Source: an uncultured Atopobiaceae bacterium (GTDB lineage Bacteria; Actinomycetota; Coriobacteriia; Coriobacteriales; Atopobiaceae). Taken from it: 64,000 bases of DNA. The translations under genes were made by a program, and so were the position numbers. The notes under the pieces were generated by a model. It searched no databases. It was given only the letters and a program-made list of their open reading frames with translations, and had not been told where the DNA came from. The stretch spans positions 497,398 through 561,397 of the forward strand of contig CAWVDR010000002.1 of assembly GCA_963928085.1 (NCBI GenBank), read 5' to 3'. Each line of letters opens with the position of its first letter. The first letter of the stretch is position 1. Positions 46,683 to 56,907 of the stretch are shown here, piece by piece.

Positions 46683-47378
46683 ACCCGCCTGCCGCGGCTC
46701 GTCGATCGCCACGAACGTGGGCGCCACCACGCGCGTGTAGAAGATCAGCCACACGAGCGAGACGCAGAACCCCGCGAGCACGTCCGACGCATAGTGGACG
46801 CCCAGGTAGATGCGGCTCACGCCCACCATAACGATCACGAGGCCAAAGCAGGCGCACCACACCACGCGCATGACGTCGTGGCGGTGATAGCGCCAGACCA
46901 TCCAGATGAGCAGGCCAAAGAACGCCATCGCCACCATCGAGTGCCCGGACGGGAAGCTGTAGCCGCTCTCGGAGATGAGGCGGAACCCGTCGGGACGCGG
47001 TCGCTGCACGAGGTACTTGAGCAGGGTGTTGAGCGCGACCACGCACACCAGGTTCACGGCAACGCACCAGCCCGGTGCCTTGCCCGGCGCGAGCGCGGCG
47101 ATCACGGCCGCCAGCACGGCGAGCACCACCACCGAGGCCAGGGACGTAAACGCCTCCATGAGCGGCGTGAGTGCGTCGGAGCGCAGCCGTTCAACAAAGA
47201 GCTGGTAGGCCATGGTGTCGAGGCGCATGATCTCCCCGCTGGCAACCTCGCCGAGCAGCCACACAAAGACGAGCGACGCCACAAGAAGAACCGCCACGCG
47301 AGGGTTCTGCCTCAAAAGACCCAGAGAGCCACGGGCAACGTCACGGGCTCCCTGGGCCAGTTCCTGCTTGCGTGACAT
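46677..47378 (-). CDS. PAP2-family phosphatase (undecaprenyl-diphosphatase/BcrC-like)
   Basis: Motifs KYLVQRPRP, PSGHS and SRIYLGVHYASD. Confidence 0.85.
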   Translation of the reverse strand: MSRKQELAQGARDVARGSLGLLRQNPRVAVLLVASLVFVWLLGEVASGEIMRLDTMAYQLFVERLRSDALTPLMEAFTSLASVVVLAVLAAVIAALAPGKAPGWCVAVNLVCVVALNTLLKYLVQRPRPDGFRLISESGYSFPSGHSMVAMAFFGLLIWMVWRYHRHDVMRVVWCACFGLVIVMVGVSRIYLGVHYASDVLAGFCVSLVWLIFYTRVVAPTFVAIDEPRQAGV

Positions 47379-47380
47379 AC

Positions 47381-47698
47381 CTAGAGGTTGGCCTCAAGCT
47401 CGGAGACGAGCGACGCCTTGGGCATGTTGCCGACCATGGTGTGCACGGGCTGGCCGCCCTTGAACAGGATCAGCGTGGGGATGGAGACGATGCGGAAGCG
47501 CGTGGCGAGCGCCTCCTCCTCATCGACGTTGCACTTGTAAACCACAAGACGGTCGGCCATCTCCTGGGAGACCTGGTCGACCACGGGGCCGAGCGCGCGG
47601 CACGGTCCGCACCACGAAGCCCAGAAGTCCACGAGGACGGGCTTGTCGGAGCCGGCGATGACGGAGTCGAACTCCGCCGCGGTGATTGCCTGGGCCAT
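47381..47698 (-). CDS. trxA: Thioredoxin
   Basis: 105 aa with the WCGPC active site. ATG at 47698 within ORF 47381..47965. Confidence 0.95.
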   Translation of the reverse strand: MAQAITAAEFDSVIAGSDKPVLVDFWASWCGPCRALGPVVDQVSQEMADRLVVYKCNVDEEEALATRFRIVSIPTLILFKGGQPVHTMVGNMPKASLVSELEANL

Positions 47699-47780
47699 GG
47701 GATACCTCCTTAGTCGTTGCTTGTTGGGGCTTATACCCCGAACTACACTGTTCCGTACAGTGACGGCAGCGGGAGGGAAC

Positions 47781-48335
47781 ATGGCATCTGAGCGGGACGC
47801 GCGCCGGCGCGCGTGCGTGGACAAGACGGCTGCGGAGCTCGACTCCCTGGCGGCGCGCGGCGCGCGCATGGGGGGCAACGCGTTCTCCGTCGTCCTTCTC
47901 GTCAAGGGCGAGCTCTCGGACGCCGAGAAGGACGGCGGGACCGCGTTCTCCGGCGCCGACGGCACGGCGCTCAGGGCGTCGCTCGAGCGTCTGGGCTATG
48001 CGCCGGAGGACTGGGCGTGGCTGCTCGCCGTGGACGCCGCGGGAGCGCCGCTCGATGCCGCCCTCCTCTGCGAGGCCGTGACCGCGCTCGACCCCGCGAC
48101 GCTCCTCTGCTGCGACGAGCCGGCCGCCGCGCTCCTGCGCGAGGCGTACGCCGACGACCTCGCCGCCATCGAGAGCCTGGACGAGGCCATGCTCTCCCCG
48201 GGCGCCGTCGCGCACGTCCGCGGGATGCGCGCGCTCAACCTCGGGGGGTTCGCCGCCGCCCTCGCCGACCCGCACGAGAAGCAGGTCATGTGGGCGCGCC
48301 TCAAGCAGGTCCCGCCGCTCGGCGAGCCGTTCTAG
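47781..48335 (+). CDS. Uracil-DNA-glycosylase-superfamily-like protein with degenerate motifs
   Basis: ATG at 47781 after GGGAGGG. VVLLVKGELSDAEKDGGTAFSGADGTALRASLERLGY aligns with the family 4/5 UDG motif region but lacks the canonical GEAPG. Confidence 0.4.
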   Translation: MASERDARRRACVDKTAAELDSLAARGARMGGNAFSVVLLVKGELSDAEKDGGTAFSGADGTALRASLERLGYAPEDWAWLLAVDAAGAPLDAALLCEAVTALDPATLLCCDEPAAALLREAYADDLAAIESLDEAMLSPGAVAHVRGMRALNLGGFAAALADPHEKQVMWARLKQVPPLGEPF

Positions 48336-48398
48336 CAGCTCGCCCCTGCGCGTTCTATGCTTAACGTATCTGCCGCTTCTCCGGGAAGGAGCCCGTCC

Positions 48399-50093
48399 AT
48401 GTCCAACTTCGCAGCACCCGTCGACGCAACGACCACGCCCGCCTGGGCCGCGCTCCAGGCTCATCACGACGAGATGGTCTCGTCGGGCTTCTCGCTCAAG
48501 GAGGCCTTTGCCACCGACCCCGAGCGCGTCTCCAAGCTCTCCTTTGACATGGACGACCTCCACTTCGACCTCTCCAAGAACCTGGTGGACGAGAAGACCC
48601 TCGGCCTGCTCTGCGACCTCGCGCGCGCCGTGGGCCTGGAGGAGCGCCGCGACGCCATGTACGCCGGCGAGCACATCAACACCACCGAGGACCGCGCCGT
48701 CCTGCACACCGCCCTGCGCCGTCCCGCGTCCGAGAAGGGCACCGTCTTCGACGGCGACCAGGACTGCGTCGCCGACGTCCATGAGGTGCTCGACCGCATG
48801 TACGCCTTCGCCGAGCGCGTGCGCTCCGGCGAGTGGAAGGGCGTCACGGGCAAGCGCATCGAGCACGTGATGTCCATTGGCATCGGTGGCTCCGACCTCG
48901 GCCCCGTCATGGTCTACGAGGCGCTCAAGCCCTACGCCGACGCCGGCATCGACTGCCGCTACGTCTCCAACATCGATCCCAACGACATGGCCGAGAAGGT
49001 CAAGGGCCTCGACCCCGAGACCACGCTCGTGATCATTGTCTCCAAGACGTTCACCACGCTGGAGACCCTCACCAACGCGCGCGAGGCCAAGACGTGGCTG
49101 CTGGAGACCCTGCGCACCCAGGGCGCGATCGACGGCTCCGCCGAGCAGGACGCCGACGCCATCCGCAAGCACTTTGTGGCCGTCTCCACCGCGCTCGACC
49201 TCGTTGCCGACTTTGGCATCGACCCGGAGAACGCCTTTGGCTTCTGGAGCTGGGTCGGCGGCCGCTACTCCGTGGACTCCGCGGTGGGCCTCTCGCTCAT
49301 CATCGCCTTTGGCCCGGAGCGCTTCGCGTGCTTCCTCAAGGGCTTCCATGACCTCGACGAGTACTTCCAGAAGACCCCGCTCGATCAGAACGTGGTGGCG
49401 CTGCTCGGCCTGCTCAACGTCTGGTACGTCAACTTCTGGGGCGCCGAGAGCCACGCCGTGCTGCCCTACAACCAGTACCTGCACCGCTTTGCCGCCTACC
49501 TCCAGCAGCTCACGATGGAGTCCAACGGCAAGAGCGTGCGCTGGGACGGCAGCCCCGTGACCTCCGCCACCGGCGAGATCTTCTGGGGCGAGCCGGGCAC
49601 CAACGGTCAGCACGCGTTCTACCAGCTGATCCACCAGGGCACCCGCATGATCCCGGCGGACTTCATCGCCTTCGTGAACACGCCCAACCCCACCAAGGAC
49701 GGCGACCAGGACGTCCACGAGCTCTTCCTGGGCAACTACCTCGCCCAAACCAAGGCGCTCGCCTTTGGCAAGACGGCCGACGAGGTCCGCGCCGAGGGCA
49801 CGGCCGAATGGATGGTGCCCGCGCGCTGCTTCACCGGCAACCGCCCCACCACGTCGATCTTTGGCATCGACCTGACGCCGCACGCGCTCGGTGAGCTCAT
49901 CGCGCTCTACGAGCACATCACCTTCGTCGAGGGTACGGTCTGGGGCCTGGACAGCTACGACCAGTGGGGCGTCGAGCTGGGCAAGCAGCTCGCCAAGCAG
50001 ATCACGCCCGCCTTCCACGACGACGGGGCCCTCGCCGCGCAGGACGCGAGCACGCAGGCCCTCATCCAGTACTACCGCGCTCACCGCAAGTGA
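48399..50093 (+). CDS. pgi: Glucose-6-phosphate isomerase
   Basis: 564 aa with motifs [11 protein letters not shown] and ESNGK. Confidence 0.95.
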   Translation: MSNFAAPVDATTTPAWAALQAHHDEMVSSGFSLKEAFATDPERVSKLSFDMDDLHFDLSKNLVDEKTLGLLCDLARAVGLEERRDAMYAGEHINTTEDRAVLHTALRRPASEKGTVFDGDQDCVADVHEVLDRMYAFAERVRSGEWKGVTGKRIEHVMSIGIGGSDLGPVMVYEALKPYADAGIDCRYVSNIDPNDMAEKVKGLDPETTLVIIVSKTFTTLETLTNAREAKTWLLETLRTQGAIDGSAEQDADAIRKHFVAVSTALDLVADFGIDPENAFGFWSWVGGRYSVDSAVGLSLIIAFGPERFACFLKGFHDLDEYFQKTPLDQNVVALLGLLNVWYVNFWGAESHAVLPYNQYLHRFAAYLQQLTMESNGKSVRWDGSPVTSATGEIFWGEPGTNGQHAFYQLIHQGTRMIPADFIAFVNTPNPTKDGDQDVHELFLGNYLAQTKALAFGKTADEVRAEGTAEWMVPARCFTGNRPTTSIFGIDLTPHALGELIALYEHITFVEGTVWGLDSYDQWGVELGKQLAKQITPAFHDDGALAAQDASTQALIQYYRAHRK

Positions 50094-50154
50094 TGAAAAG
50101 GGACAGTCCCTTTTCATCATTCGGGCCGTCGGGTTTCTCGCCCGGCGGCCCTTT
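50091..50154 (+). terminator. Family palindrome (copy 3) plus terminator hairpin; left copy of the 59-nt direct repeat
   Basis: TGATGAAAAGGGAC-A-GTCCCTTTTCATCA starts with the pgi stop codon. It is followed by GGGCCGTCGGG-TTTCTCG-CCCGGCGGCCC and TTTTT. Confidence 0.8.
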
Positions 50155-50276
50155 TTGTTTGATGGCGGTGCTGCGGGTTCACCTCACCTCACCGATTCGC
50201 ACGCTCCGCCAGCGGCGGTGGCTGCGCGGGCGTTCGTAGAATGTACTTGCCGGTTTATTCGACAGAGGGGGTTGCT

Positions 50277-52217
50277 ATGGGTTACGAGAAGCTCTTCACG
50301 CCATTCCGTGTTGGCAACATGGTGGTGAAGAACCGCATCGGCATGTCGCCGATGGGCACCAACTCGGCGTTTACCAACGGCCGTAAGGACGCTCAGGAGA
50401 TCGACTACTTCATCGAGCGGGCCAAGGGAGGCGCGGGCATCATCTTCATGGGCTGCCAGATGCTCAACGAGCGCCTGGCGCAGGGCTCGATGGAGGGCTA
50501 CCTGGACTCCTACACGGTTCTTCCGAGTCTCACCTCCGTCGTGGACGGCTGCCACCGCTATGGCGCCAAGATCGTCTGCCAGATCAGCCCCGGCACCGGC
50601 CGCAACGCCTTCCCGGATACGCTGGGCAACCCGCCCATCTCCTCCTCGGACACGCCGTCGGTCTTTGATCCCAACATGAAGTGCCACGCCCTCACCAAGG
50701 ACGAGATCGCAGACATCATGGAGGACTTCAAGTTCGCCGCCGGCGTCGCGCGCGACGCCGGCTTCGATGCAGTGGAGATTCACGCGCACGCGGGTTACCT
50801 CATCGACCAGTTCATGTCCCCGGTCTGGAACAAGCGCACGGACGAGTACGGCGGCTCCCCAGAGGGCTGCGCGCGCTTTCCCACGGAGATTGTCCAGGCC
50901 ATCAAGAGCGTCGTCGGCGATACCATGCCCGTGATCTTCCGCATCTCGCTCGACCACCGCTTCGAGGGCGGCCGCACGATCGAGGACAGCGTCAAGCTCC
51001 TCAAGATCCTCGAGGCGGCGGGAGTGGACGCCTTTGACGTGGACGCTGGCTGCTACGAGACCCTCGACTACATCTTCCCGCCCAGCTACTTGGGCGAGTC
51101 CTGCATGTCCTACGTCTGCCAGGCCGCGCGCGAGGCCGTGGACGTGCCGCTCTTCACTGCGGGCACCCTCGGGCCCGACACCGCGCTCGAGCTCATCGAG
51201 TCCGGTGTGGTCGACTTCACCAACATGGGCCGCGCCCTGATCGCCGACCCGGAGCTCCCCAACAAGCTCATGGCTGGCCATCCCGAGGACGTGCGTCCCT
51301 GCCTGCGCTGTAACGAGTACTGCATCGGCCGCATCTGGAACAGCCACACCAAGCTCGGTTGCGCCATCAACGCGCAGGCCATGGAGGAGGTGCGCTTCAA
51401 GCTCCAGAAGACCGACGACCCCAAGGACGTCGTGGTCATTGGCGGTGGCCCGGCCGGCATGGAGGCCTCGCGCGTGGCGGCCATCTGCGGCCATCGCGTG
51501 ACGCTGCTGGAGAAGGCCGACCACCTCGGCGGCGTGATGGGTGACGTCTGCACCGCCCAGTTCAAGCAGAACATCAAGAAGCTCGCCCGCTGGTACGAGG
51601 TCCAGCTGGAGAAGCTCGGCGTGGACGTACGTCTGGGCACCGAGGTCACCGGCGACGAGGAGATTCTCGCGACCTGCGACAACATCATCATCGGCTGTGG
51701 CGCCGTGCCGGTCATGCCCGCGATTCCCGGCATTGACGGCGGGAACGTCATCTCTGTGCTGGACTTCCACCGCAACCCCGCCGCGCTTAAGGGCGAGAAG
51801 GTCGTGGTGTGCGGCGGCGGCGCGTCCGGACTGGACAGCGCGCTCGAGCTCGCGGCCGAGATGGGCAAGAAGGTCACCGTGGTGGAGATGCTGCCCCAGT
51901 GCGGCAAGGACGTCTTCTTCATCAACCAGATCACGCTCTTCAACCGGCTCGCGGAGGCGGGCGTCGAGCTCATGACCAGCACGAAGGTCATCGAGATGGA
52001 CGAGACCGGCCTCACGGTGGTGGGGGAGGATGGTGCCGAGAAGCACCTCGACGCGGACACGGTCATCGCGGCCTTTGGCATGCGGCCCGACCTCACGCTC
52101 GTGAACAAGATCGATGAGAAGTATCACGTCAAGACCCGCATCGTCGGCGACTCCAACCACCTGGGCAAGATCGGCGAGGCTGTCCGCGACGGCTTCTACG
52201 CAGGGTCCAGCCTGTGA
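50277..52217 (+). CDS. Old-yellow-enzyme / 2,4-dienoyl-CoA-reductase-like flavoprotein (OYE domain, 4Fe-4S motif, FAD/NAD(P) domain)
   Basis: ATG at 50277 after GAGGGGG. N-terminal TIM-barrel OYE motifs, CLRCNEYC ... C, and GGGPAGMEASRVAA. Confidence 0.85.
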   Translation: MGYEKLFTPFRVGNMVVKNRIGMSPMGTNSAFTNGRKDAQEIDYFIERAKGGAGIIFMGCQMLNERLAQGSMEGYLDSYTVLPSLTSVVDGCHRYGAKIVCQISPGTGRNAFPDTLGNPPISSSDTPSVFDPNMKCHALTKDEIADIMEDFKFAAGVARDAGFDAVEIHAHAGYLIDQFMSPVWNKRTDEYGGSPEGCARFPTEIVQAIKSVVGDTMPVIFRISLDHRFEGGRTIEDSVKLLKILEAAGVDAFDVDAGCYETLDYIFPPSYLGESCMSYVCQAAREAVDVPLFTAGTLGPDTALELIESGVVDFTNMGRALIADPELPNKLMAGHPEDVRPCLRCNEYCIGRIWNSHTKLGCAINAQAMEEVRFKLQKTDDPKDVVVIGGGPAGMEASRVAAICGHRVTLLEKADHLGGVMGDVCTAQFKQNIKKLARWYEVQLEKLGVDVRLGTEVTGDEEILATCDNIIIGCGAVPVMPAIPGIDGGNVISVLDFHRNPAALKGEKVVVCGGGASGLDSALELAAEMGKKVTVVEMLPQCGKDVFFINQITLFNRLAEAGVELMTSTKVIEMDETGLTVVGEDGAEKHLDADTVIAAFGMRPDLTLVNKIDEKYHVKTRIVGDSNHLGKIGEAVRDGFYAGSSL

Positions 52218-52279
52218 TTCAAAAGGGACAGTCCCTTTTCATCATTCGGGCCGTCGGGTTTCTCGCCCGGCGGCCCTTT
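52215..52279 (+). terminator. Family palindrome (copy 4) plus terminator hairpin; right copy of the 59-nt direct repeat
   Basis: 52221-52279 is identical to 50096-50154 (59 of 59 nt). Confidence 0.8.
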
Positions 52280-52302
52280 GCTGTATCGAGAGGCTGACGA
52301 AT

Positions 52303-52523
52303 CTAGGAATTGCCATCCTTGTTCTGAGCACGTCTAAAAAAACGGGACCTTGTGCGCGACAGTCACTGTCCGCGGCCACAAAACCGTCTCCATCTTGGCA
52401 AACTTGTGACAAGGACCTCAATTCTTAGAAGCCGTTGCGACAAGGACGCGGATTGCTAGAAGGGCCAGCAACAACCTCCCAGAATCCTAGGCGCCCGTAT
52501 GCCAAGCGCCCGAATTTCTAGAA
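52303..52523. repeat. Modular 30-bp-unit repeat array, locus E
   Basis: Two reverse units (52303-52324 and 52334-52354), then four forward units starting at 52408, 52439, 52468 and 52501, for example GACAAGGACCTCAATTCTTAGAA. Confidence 0.7.
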
Positions 52524-52612
52524 CCACTCCCGCCGCGAACCTTGGCGACGCAGCGTCTCTTGCGCCCTCTCTGGCGTACAATTTCAGCGAGGGAACTAGG
52601 GAGAGGGGTCGC

Positions 52613-53797
52613 ATGGACACCGCAAAGGTCTACTACACCAATCTGCGCACGTATACCAAGGAGAGTCAGCTCGACAAGCTCAAGCGCCTCATCAAGAAGG
52701 CCGGCATTGGCCAGATCGACTTCGAGAACAAGTTCGTGGCCATCAAGATCCACTTTGGCGAGCTGGGCAACCTCAGCTTTCTGCGCCCCAACTACGCGCG
52801 TGCCGTCGCGGACGTGGTCAAGGAGCTGGGCGGTAAGCCCTTCCTCACGGACTGCAACACGCTCTACGTCGGTCACCGCAAAAACGCCCTCGAGCACATC
52901 GACTGCGCCTACCAGAACGGCTTCACCCCGTATGCCACCGGCTGCCAGGTGATCATCGCCGACGGCCTCAAGGGTACCGACGAGACCCTCGTCCCCGTGA
53001 AGAACGGCGAGTACGTGAAGGAGGCCAAGATCGGCCACGCCCTCATGGACGCCGACATCGTGATCTCCCTCACGCACTTCAAGGGCCATGAGCAGGCCGG
53101 CTTTGGCGGCGCCATGAAGAACCTCGGCATGGGCGGCGGCTCGCGTGCGGGCAAGATGGAGCAGCACTCGTCCGGCAAGCCGAACGTGCAGCACGAGAAG
53201 TGCATCGGCTGCCACGCATGCGAGCGCATCTGCGCGCACGGTGCCATCAGCTTCGAGGCCACGCGCGAGCGCGAGCTCAAGGGCGGCAAGGTCGTCACCG
53301 TGCCCGTGGCCACGATCGACCACGACCGCTGCGTGGGCTGCGGGCGCTGCATCGGCGCCTGCAACCAGGATGCCATCGTGCCGGGCTCCGGCTCCGCGGT
53401 CGACGAGCTCAACTGCAAGATCGCCGAGTACACCCAGGCGGTGGTCCAGGATCGTCCGAACTTCCACATCTCGATCGCCGTCGACCTGAGCCCCAACTGC
53501 GACTGCCACCCCGAGAACGACACGCCCATCGTGCCGGACCTGGGCATGTTCGCGAGCTTTGACCCCGTGGCGATTGACCAGGCCTGCATTGACATGGCGC
53601 TCGCCGCTCCGGAGATGCCCAACACCGAGCTCACGGACATGCGTGCCAAGCTGGAGGCCCAGGGCGGCGTTCCCGAGCGTTGCCAGCACGACCACTTCAA
53701 CCTCACGCACCCGGATACCAACTGGCGCTCCATGATCGAGCATGCCGAGAAGATCGGCCTGGGTACGAGCCACTACGAGCTCATCGAGGTCAAGTAG
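52613..53797 (+). CDS. DUF362-domain protein with an inserted 4Fe-4S ferredoxin domain
   Basis: ATG at 52613 after GGGAGAGGGG. Two CxxCxxCxxxC motifs (CIGCHACERIC and CVGCGRCIGAC). Confidence 0.75.
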   Translation: MDTAKVYYTNLRTYTKESQLDKLKRLIKKAGIGQIDFENKFVAIKIHFGELGNLSFLRPNYARAVADVVKELGGKPFLTDCNTLYVGHRKNALEHIDCAYQNGFTPYATGCQVIIADGLKGTDETLVPVKNGEYVKEAKIGHALMDADIVISLTHFKGHEQAGFGGAMKNLGMGGGSRAGKMEQHSSGKPNVQHEKCIGCHACERICAHGAISFEATRERELKGGKVVTVPVATIDHDRCVGCGRCIGACNQDAIVPGSGSAVDELNCKIAEYTQAVVQDRPNFHISIAVDLSPNCDCHPENDTPIVPDLGMFASFDPVAIDQACIDMALAAPEMPNTELTDMRAKLEAQGGVPERCQHDHFNLTHPDTNWRSMIEHAEKIGLGTSHYELIEVK

Positions 53798-53818
53798 TCC
53801 GGCTGCGGGGAGGTCGCC

Positions 53819-54730
53819 ATGCCCAAGGTCATCGTCTTTGGCAGCATGAACATGGACCTGTCCATCGACGCGCCGCGCGTGCCGGCGGCAGGGGAGACCC
53901 TCTCCGGCTCCGGCTTCATCACGGCCGCCGGGGGCAAGGGCGCCAACCAGGCCGTCGCGGCGTCCCGGCTGGGCGCGAGCGTGCACATGGTTGCCGCCGT
54001 CGGGGCCGATAGCTTTGGCGACGAGCTGGTGTGCGGGCTCGAGGGCTCCGGCGTCGACACCACTCTCGTGCGTCGCCTCCCGGACGTCACGACGGGCGTA
54101 GCGGTGATCCTGCGCACGGGCGGCGAGAACCGCATCGTGCTCCATGCGGGCGCCAACCATGCGCTCTCGGGCGTCGATGTGGTCGATGACCTGCGGCGCA
54201 TTGGCAGGAAGAGCGACGTCTTCGTCACTCAGGGCGAGTGCGACCCGGCCGCCACGGAGGCGGCGCTGCGCCTTGCGCACGAGCTCGGCCTCTTTACGAT
54301 CTACAACCCCGCCCCGGCGCTACCCGCGCCTGACGACCTCTGGTCGTGCGTCGACCTCGTCTGTCTCAACGAGACCGAGTGCCAGATCATGTGCGGCGTC
54401 CTGCCCGTCGACGACGAGAGCTGTCTTGCGGCGGCGCGCCGCCTGCGCGAGCTGGGCGCCGGAGCCGTGGTGATTACGCTTGGCGCGGCGGGCTCGTTTG
54501 GCCTGGGGTCGGACGGCAAGCCCGTCCGCGTCCCGGCGGCACTGACGACCGTTGTGGACACCACCGCCGCGGGAGACACCTACATCGGCGCGCTTGCCGC
54601 CGGGCGTGCGCGGGGCTTCTCGCTCGCCGAGTCCATGAGTTGGGGCACCGCGGCTTCGGCGCTTGCCGTGAGCCGTCTTGGTGCCCAGCCGTCCATACCC
54701 ACCGCGGAAGAAGTGGAGGCGGCGCGATGA
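53819..54730 (+). CDS. rbsK: Ribokinase
   Basis: Motifs GSMNMDL, GGKGANQAVAA and DTTAAGDTYIGAL. Confidence 0.85.
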   Translation: MPKVIVFGSMNMDLSIDAPRVPAAGETLSGSGFITAAGGKGANQAVAASRLGASVHMVAAVGADSFGDELVCGLEGSGVDTTLVRRLPDVTTGVAVILRTGGENRIVLHAGANHALSGVDVVDDLRRIGRKSDVFVTQGECDPAATEAALRLAHELGLFTIYNPAPALPAPDDLWSCVDLVCLNETECQIMCGVLPVDDESCLAAARRLRELGAGAVVITLGAAGSFGLGSDGKPVRVPAALTTVVDTTAAGDTYIGALAAGRARGFSLAESMSWGTAASALAVSRLGAQPSIPTAEEVEAAR

Positions 54731-55695
54731 GCGACGCAGCTAAGCGCCTGATACTCGACCTGGACACCGGCGTCGACGACGCGCTGGCGCTCGCCTATGC
54801 GCTCGGCAGTCCCGACATCGAGCTCGTCGGCGTGATCTGCACCTACGGAAACGTGACCATGCGCACGGCGGTGCGCAACACGGTGGCGCTGCTCGAGCTC
54901 CTGGGACACGGCGAGATCCCCGTTCTTGTTGGTGCCGACCGCGCGACCGCCGCGACCGCCCCGTTCTCGCCGTCGGAGGGCGTGATGCGCATCCATGGCG
55001 AGAACGGTCTGGGGAACCAGCGCGTAGCCGGGCTCTGCCGCTGCGCGCCGGGCGACGGCCTGGACTTCCTGCGCGAGGAGGTCCGACGGGCGGCCGAGGA
55101 TGGCGTAGAGCTGCTCTACGTTCCCACCGGCCCCCTCACGAACCTCGCCCACTCCCTCGGGAGTATCTCCGGGCTCGCGGATGCGCTCGGCCGCGTGACC
55201 TTCATGGGCGGCGCGCTCGCCGTGCCCGGTAACGTGACGCCCTGCGCCGAGGCCAACATCGCGAACGATCCGGCCGCCGCCGATGCCGTGCTGCGCGGCG
55301 GTCTGAGAACTCGCATGATTGGCCTGGACGTGACGCACCAGGCGATTCTGGCGCGCGAGGACACCGCCGCCTGGCGCGAGCTGGGTACGCCGGCGGGACG
55401 GCTCTTCGCGGACATGACCGACCACTACATTGCCATCTACGAGGAGAACAACCCGCAGATGGGCGGGTGTGCGTTGCACGACCCCCTGGCGGTTGCCGCG
55501 GCGCTCGACCCCACGCTCGTGGGGTGCCTGCACGCCAATCTGCGCGTCGACCTCGAGGGCGCCACACGAGGCCGAACCGTCTGCGACCCCGATCGTTTGC
55601 GCGAGTCTCACAAGACCTGCGATGTCGCACTCACCGTGGACGTGCCGCGCTTCCTGGGCGAGTTCCGTGCCCGCGTGGGCCGCGCATTGTCCTGA
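54727..55695 (+). CDS. Nucleoside hydrolase (IUNH family)
   Basis: N-terminal DLDTGVDDALAL motif. The ATG overlaps the rbsK stop (ATGA). Confidence 0.85.
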   Translation: MSDAAKRLILDLDTGVDDALALAYALGSPDIELVGVICTYGNVTMRTAVRNTVALLELLGHGEIPVLVGADRATAATAPFSPSEGVMRIHGENGLGNQRVAGLCRCAPGDGLDFLREEVRRAAEDGVELLYVPTGPLTNLAHSLGSISGLADALGRVTFMGGALAVPGNVTPCAEANIANDPAAADAVLRGGLRTRMIGLDVTHQAILAREDTAAWRELGTPAGRLFADMTDHYIAIYEENNPQMGGCALHDPLAVAAALDPTLVGCLHANLRVDLEGATRGRTVCDPDRLRESHKTCDVALTVDVPRFLGEFRARVGRALS

Positions 55696-56001
55696 AGGGC
55701 AGCTTCCCCTCTATAGATAAAGCCCTTATGCCACAATTCGCTGGCTTTTGTGTAAGGCCGGGTTCCGGCGCGCGCCGCAAGGCGCTCCCGTGGCCGTCCG
55801 GCACGGTTTTGGGCAACAACTTTGATGTGCTTGCCAGAAGGGAAGGGGTTTTGTGGCGGCGCCGGCCCGACGTTCTTCTCGCCAGCCGTAAAGATGCAGG
55901 TAACAAGCGTGTGCCAAGCGAGAAGAACGTGCGCTCGCGGCGACGCCATAAAACCTTTGCCCCAAAACCGGAGAGAGGCGTCGGCGCGACGCCGCGGGCT
56001 C

Positions 56002-56868
56002 CTAGCCCTGCTGCTCAGGCGGCCGCAGCTTGGTAAGCGCCGTGTAGTCGACGTCGACGGTGGATGGCTGCATCGGGCCGGGCGCGTACCAGTCCAGCGC
56101 GCAGTCGATCCATGCGTTCCAGAACGGCCACTCGTGCGCACCGATGTCTGGCTCCCAGTAGGTGACGTCAAAGTCGGCGTCGCGCAGCAGCCGCACGAGG
56201 TCGCGGTTGTTCTCGCAGAGGCTGTCGTGCAGGCCGCACGCCGCGTAGAAGCGCGGCTTGGGCAGCTCGGAGTCCTGCCGGAACTTGTCGATCAGCGCCA
56301 CGTAGTCCTTGTCGGAGCCGATGACCGTGTCGATGTCGCCGAAGAAGCGCTCGTAGTACTTGCGCTTGCGCGGCGAGCGGCTCTCCACGGCCTCGAGCAC
56401 GCGGTCGCGCATGAAGGCGCCCGAGAGGATGATGATCGACCCAAAGCGGTCCGGGCGCAGCAGGCCATTGATGAGCGCCGTGTACGCGCCGATGGAGATG
56501 CCGGCCAGCGCCGTGTCCTCGCGCTTGGTCGAGAGCGGGAAGAGGCGGCGCGTGAAGTCCACGAGCTCCTCGCTGATGAACTTGCCGTGCCACTCGTTTA
56601 TCTCGGGCTTGTTGAGGTAGAGCCCATCCTCGCCCGAGGGCATGACGAGCGCGATGTCGCGCGCCTCGGCCGTCTCCACCACGTGCGTGCGGTCGATCCA
56701 GTCGACGTCCTGGCCAAAGAGGCCGTGCAGCAGATAGACCGTCCGATACGGCCCTCGACGCTTCTTGGCCAGCTTGTTGCCGTCCATTTTATCGGCGGGG
56801 ATGACAACCGTGAGCACCACGTTGCGCTCAAGGTAGTGGGAGTAGAAGTCGACTCTGAGCAGTGCCAT
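56002..56868 (-). CDS. Alpha/beta-hydrolase esterase (esterase D / tributyrin-esterase-like), paralog 1
   Basis: YLLHG ... GISIGAY nucleophile elbow ... HEW. Confidence 0.7.
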   Translation of the reverse strand: MALLRVDFYSHYLERNVVLTVVIPADKMDGNKLAKKRRGPYRTVYLLHGLFGQDVDWIDRTHVVETAEARDIALVMPSGEDGLYLNKPEINEWHGKFISEELVDFTRRLFPLSTKREDTALAGISIGAYTALINGLLRPDRFGSIIILSGAFMRDRVLEAVESRSPRKRKYYERFFGDIDTVIGSDKDYVALIDKFRQDSELPKPRFYAACGLHDSLCENNRDLVRLLRDADFDVTYWEPDIGAHEWPFWNAWIDCALDWYAPGPMQPSTVDVDYTALTKLRPPEQQG

Positions 56869-56907
56869 TCTTGCCCTCCCTCTGGGCCCGGAGGCCCGGC
56901 GTCCGCC

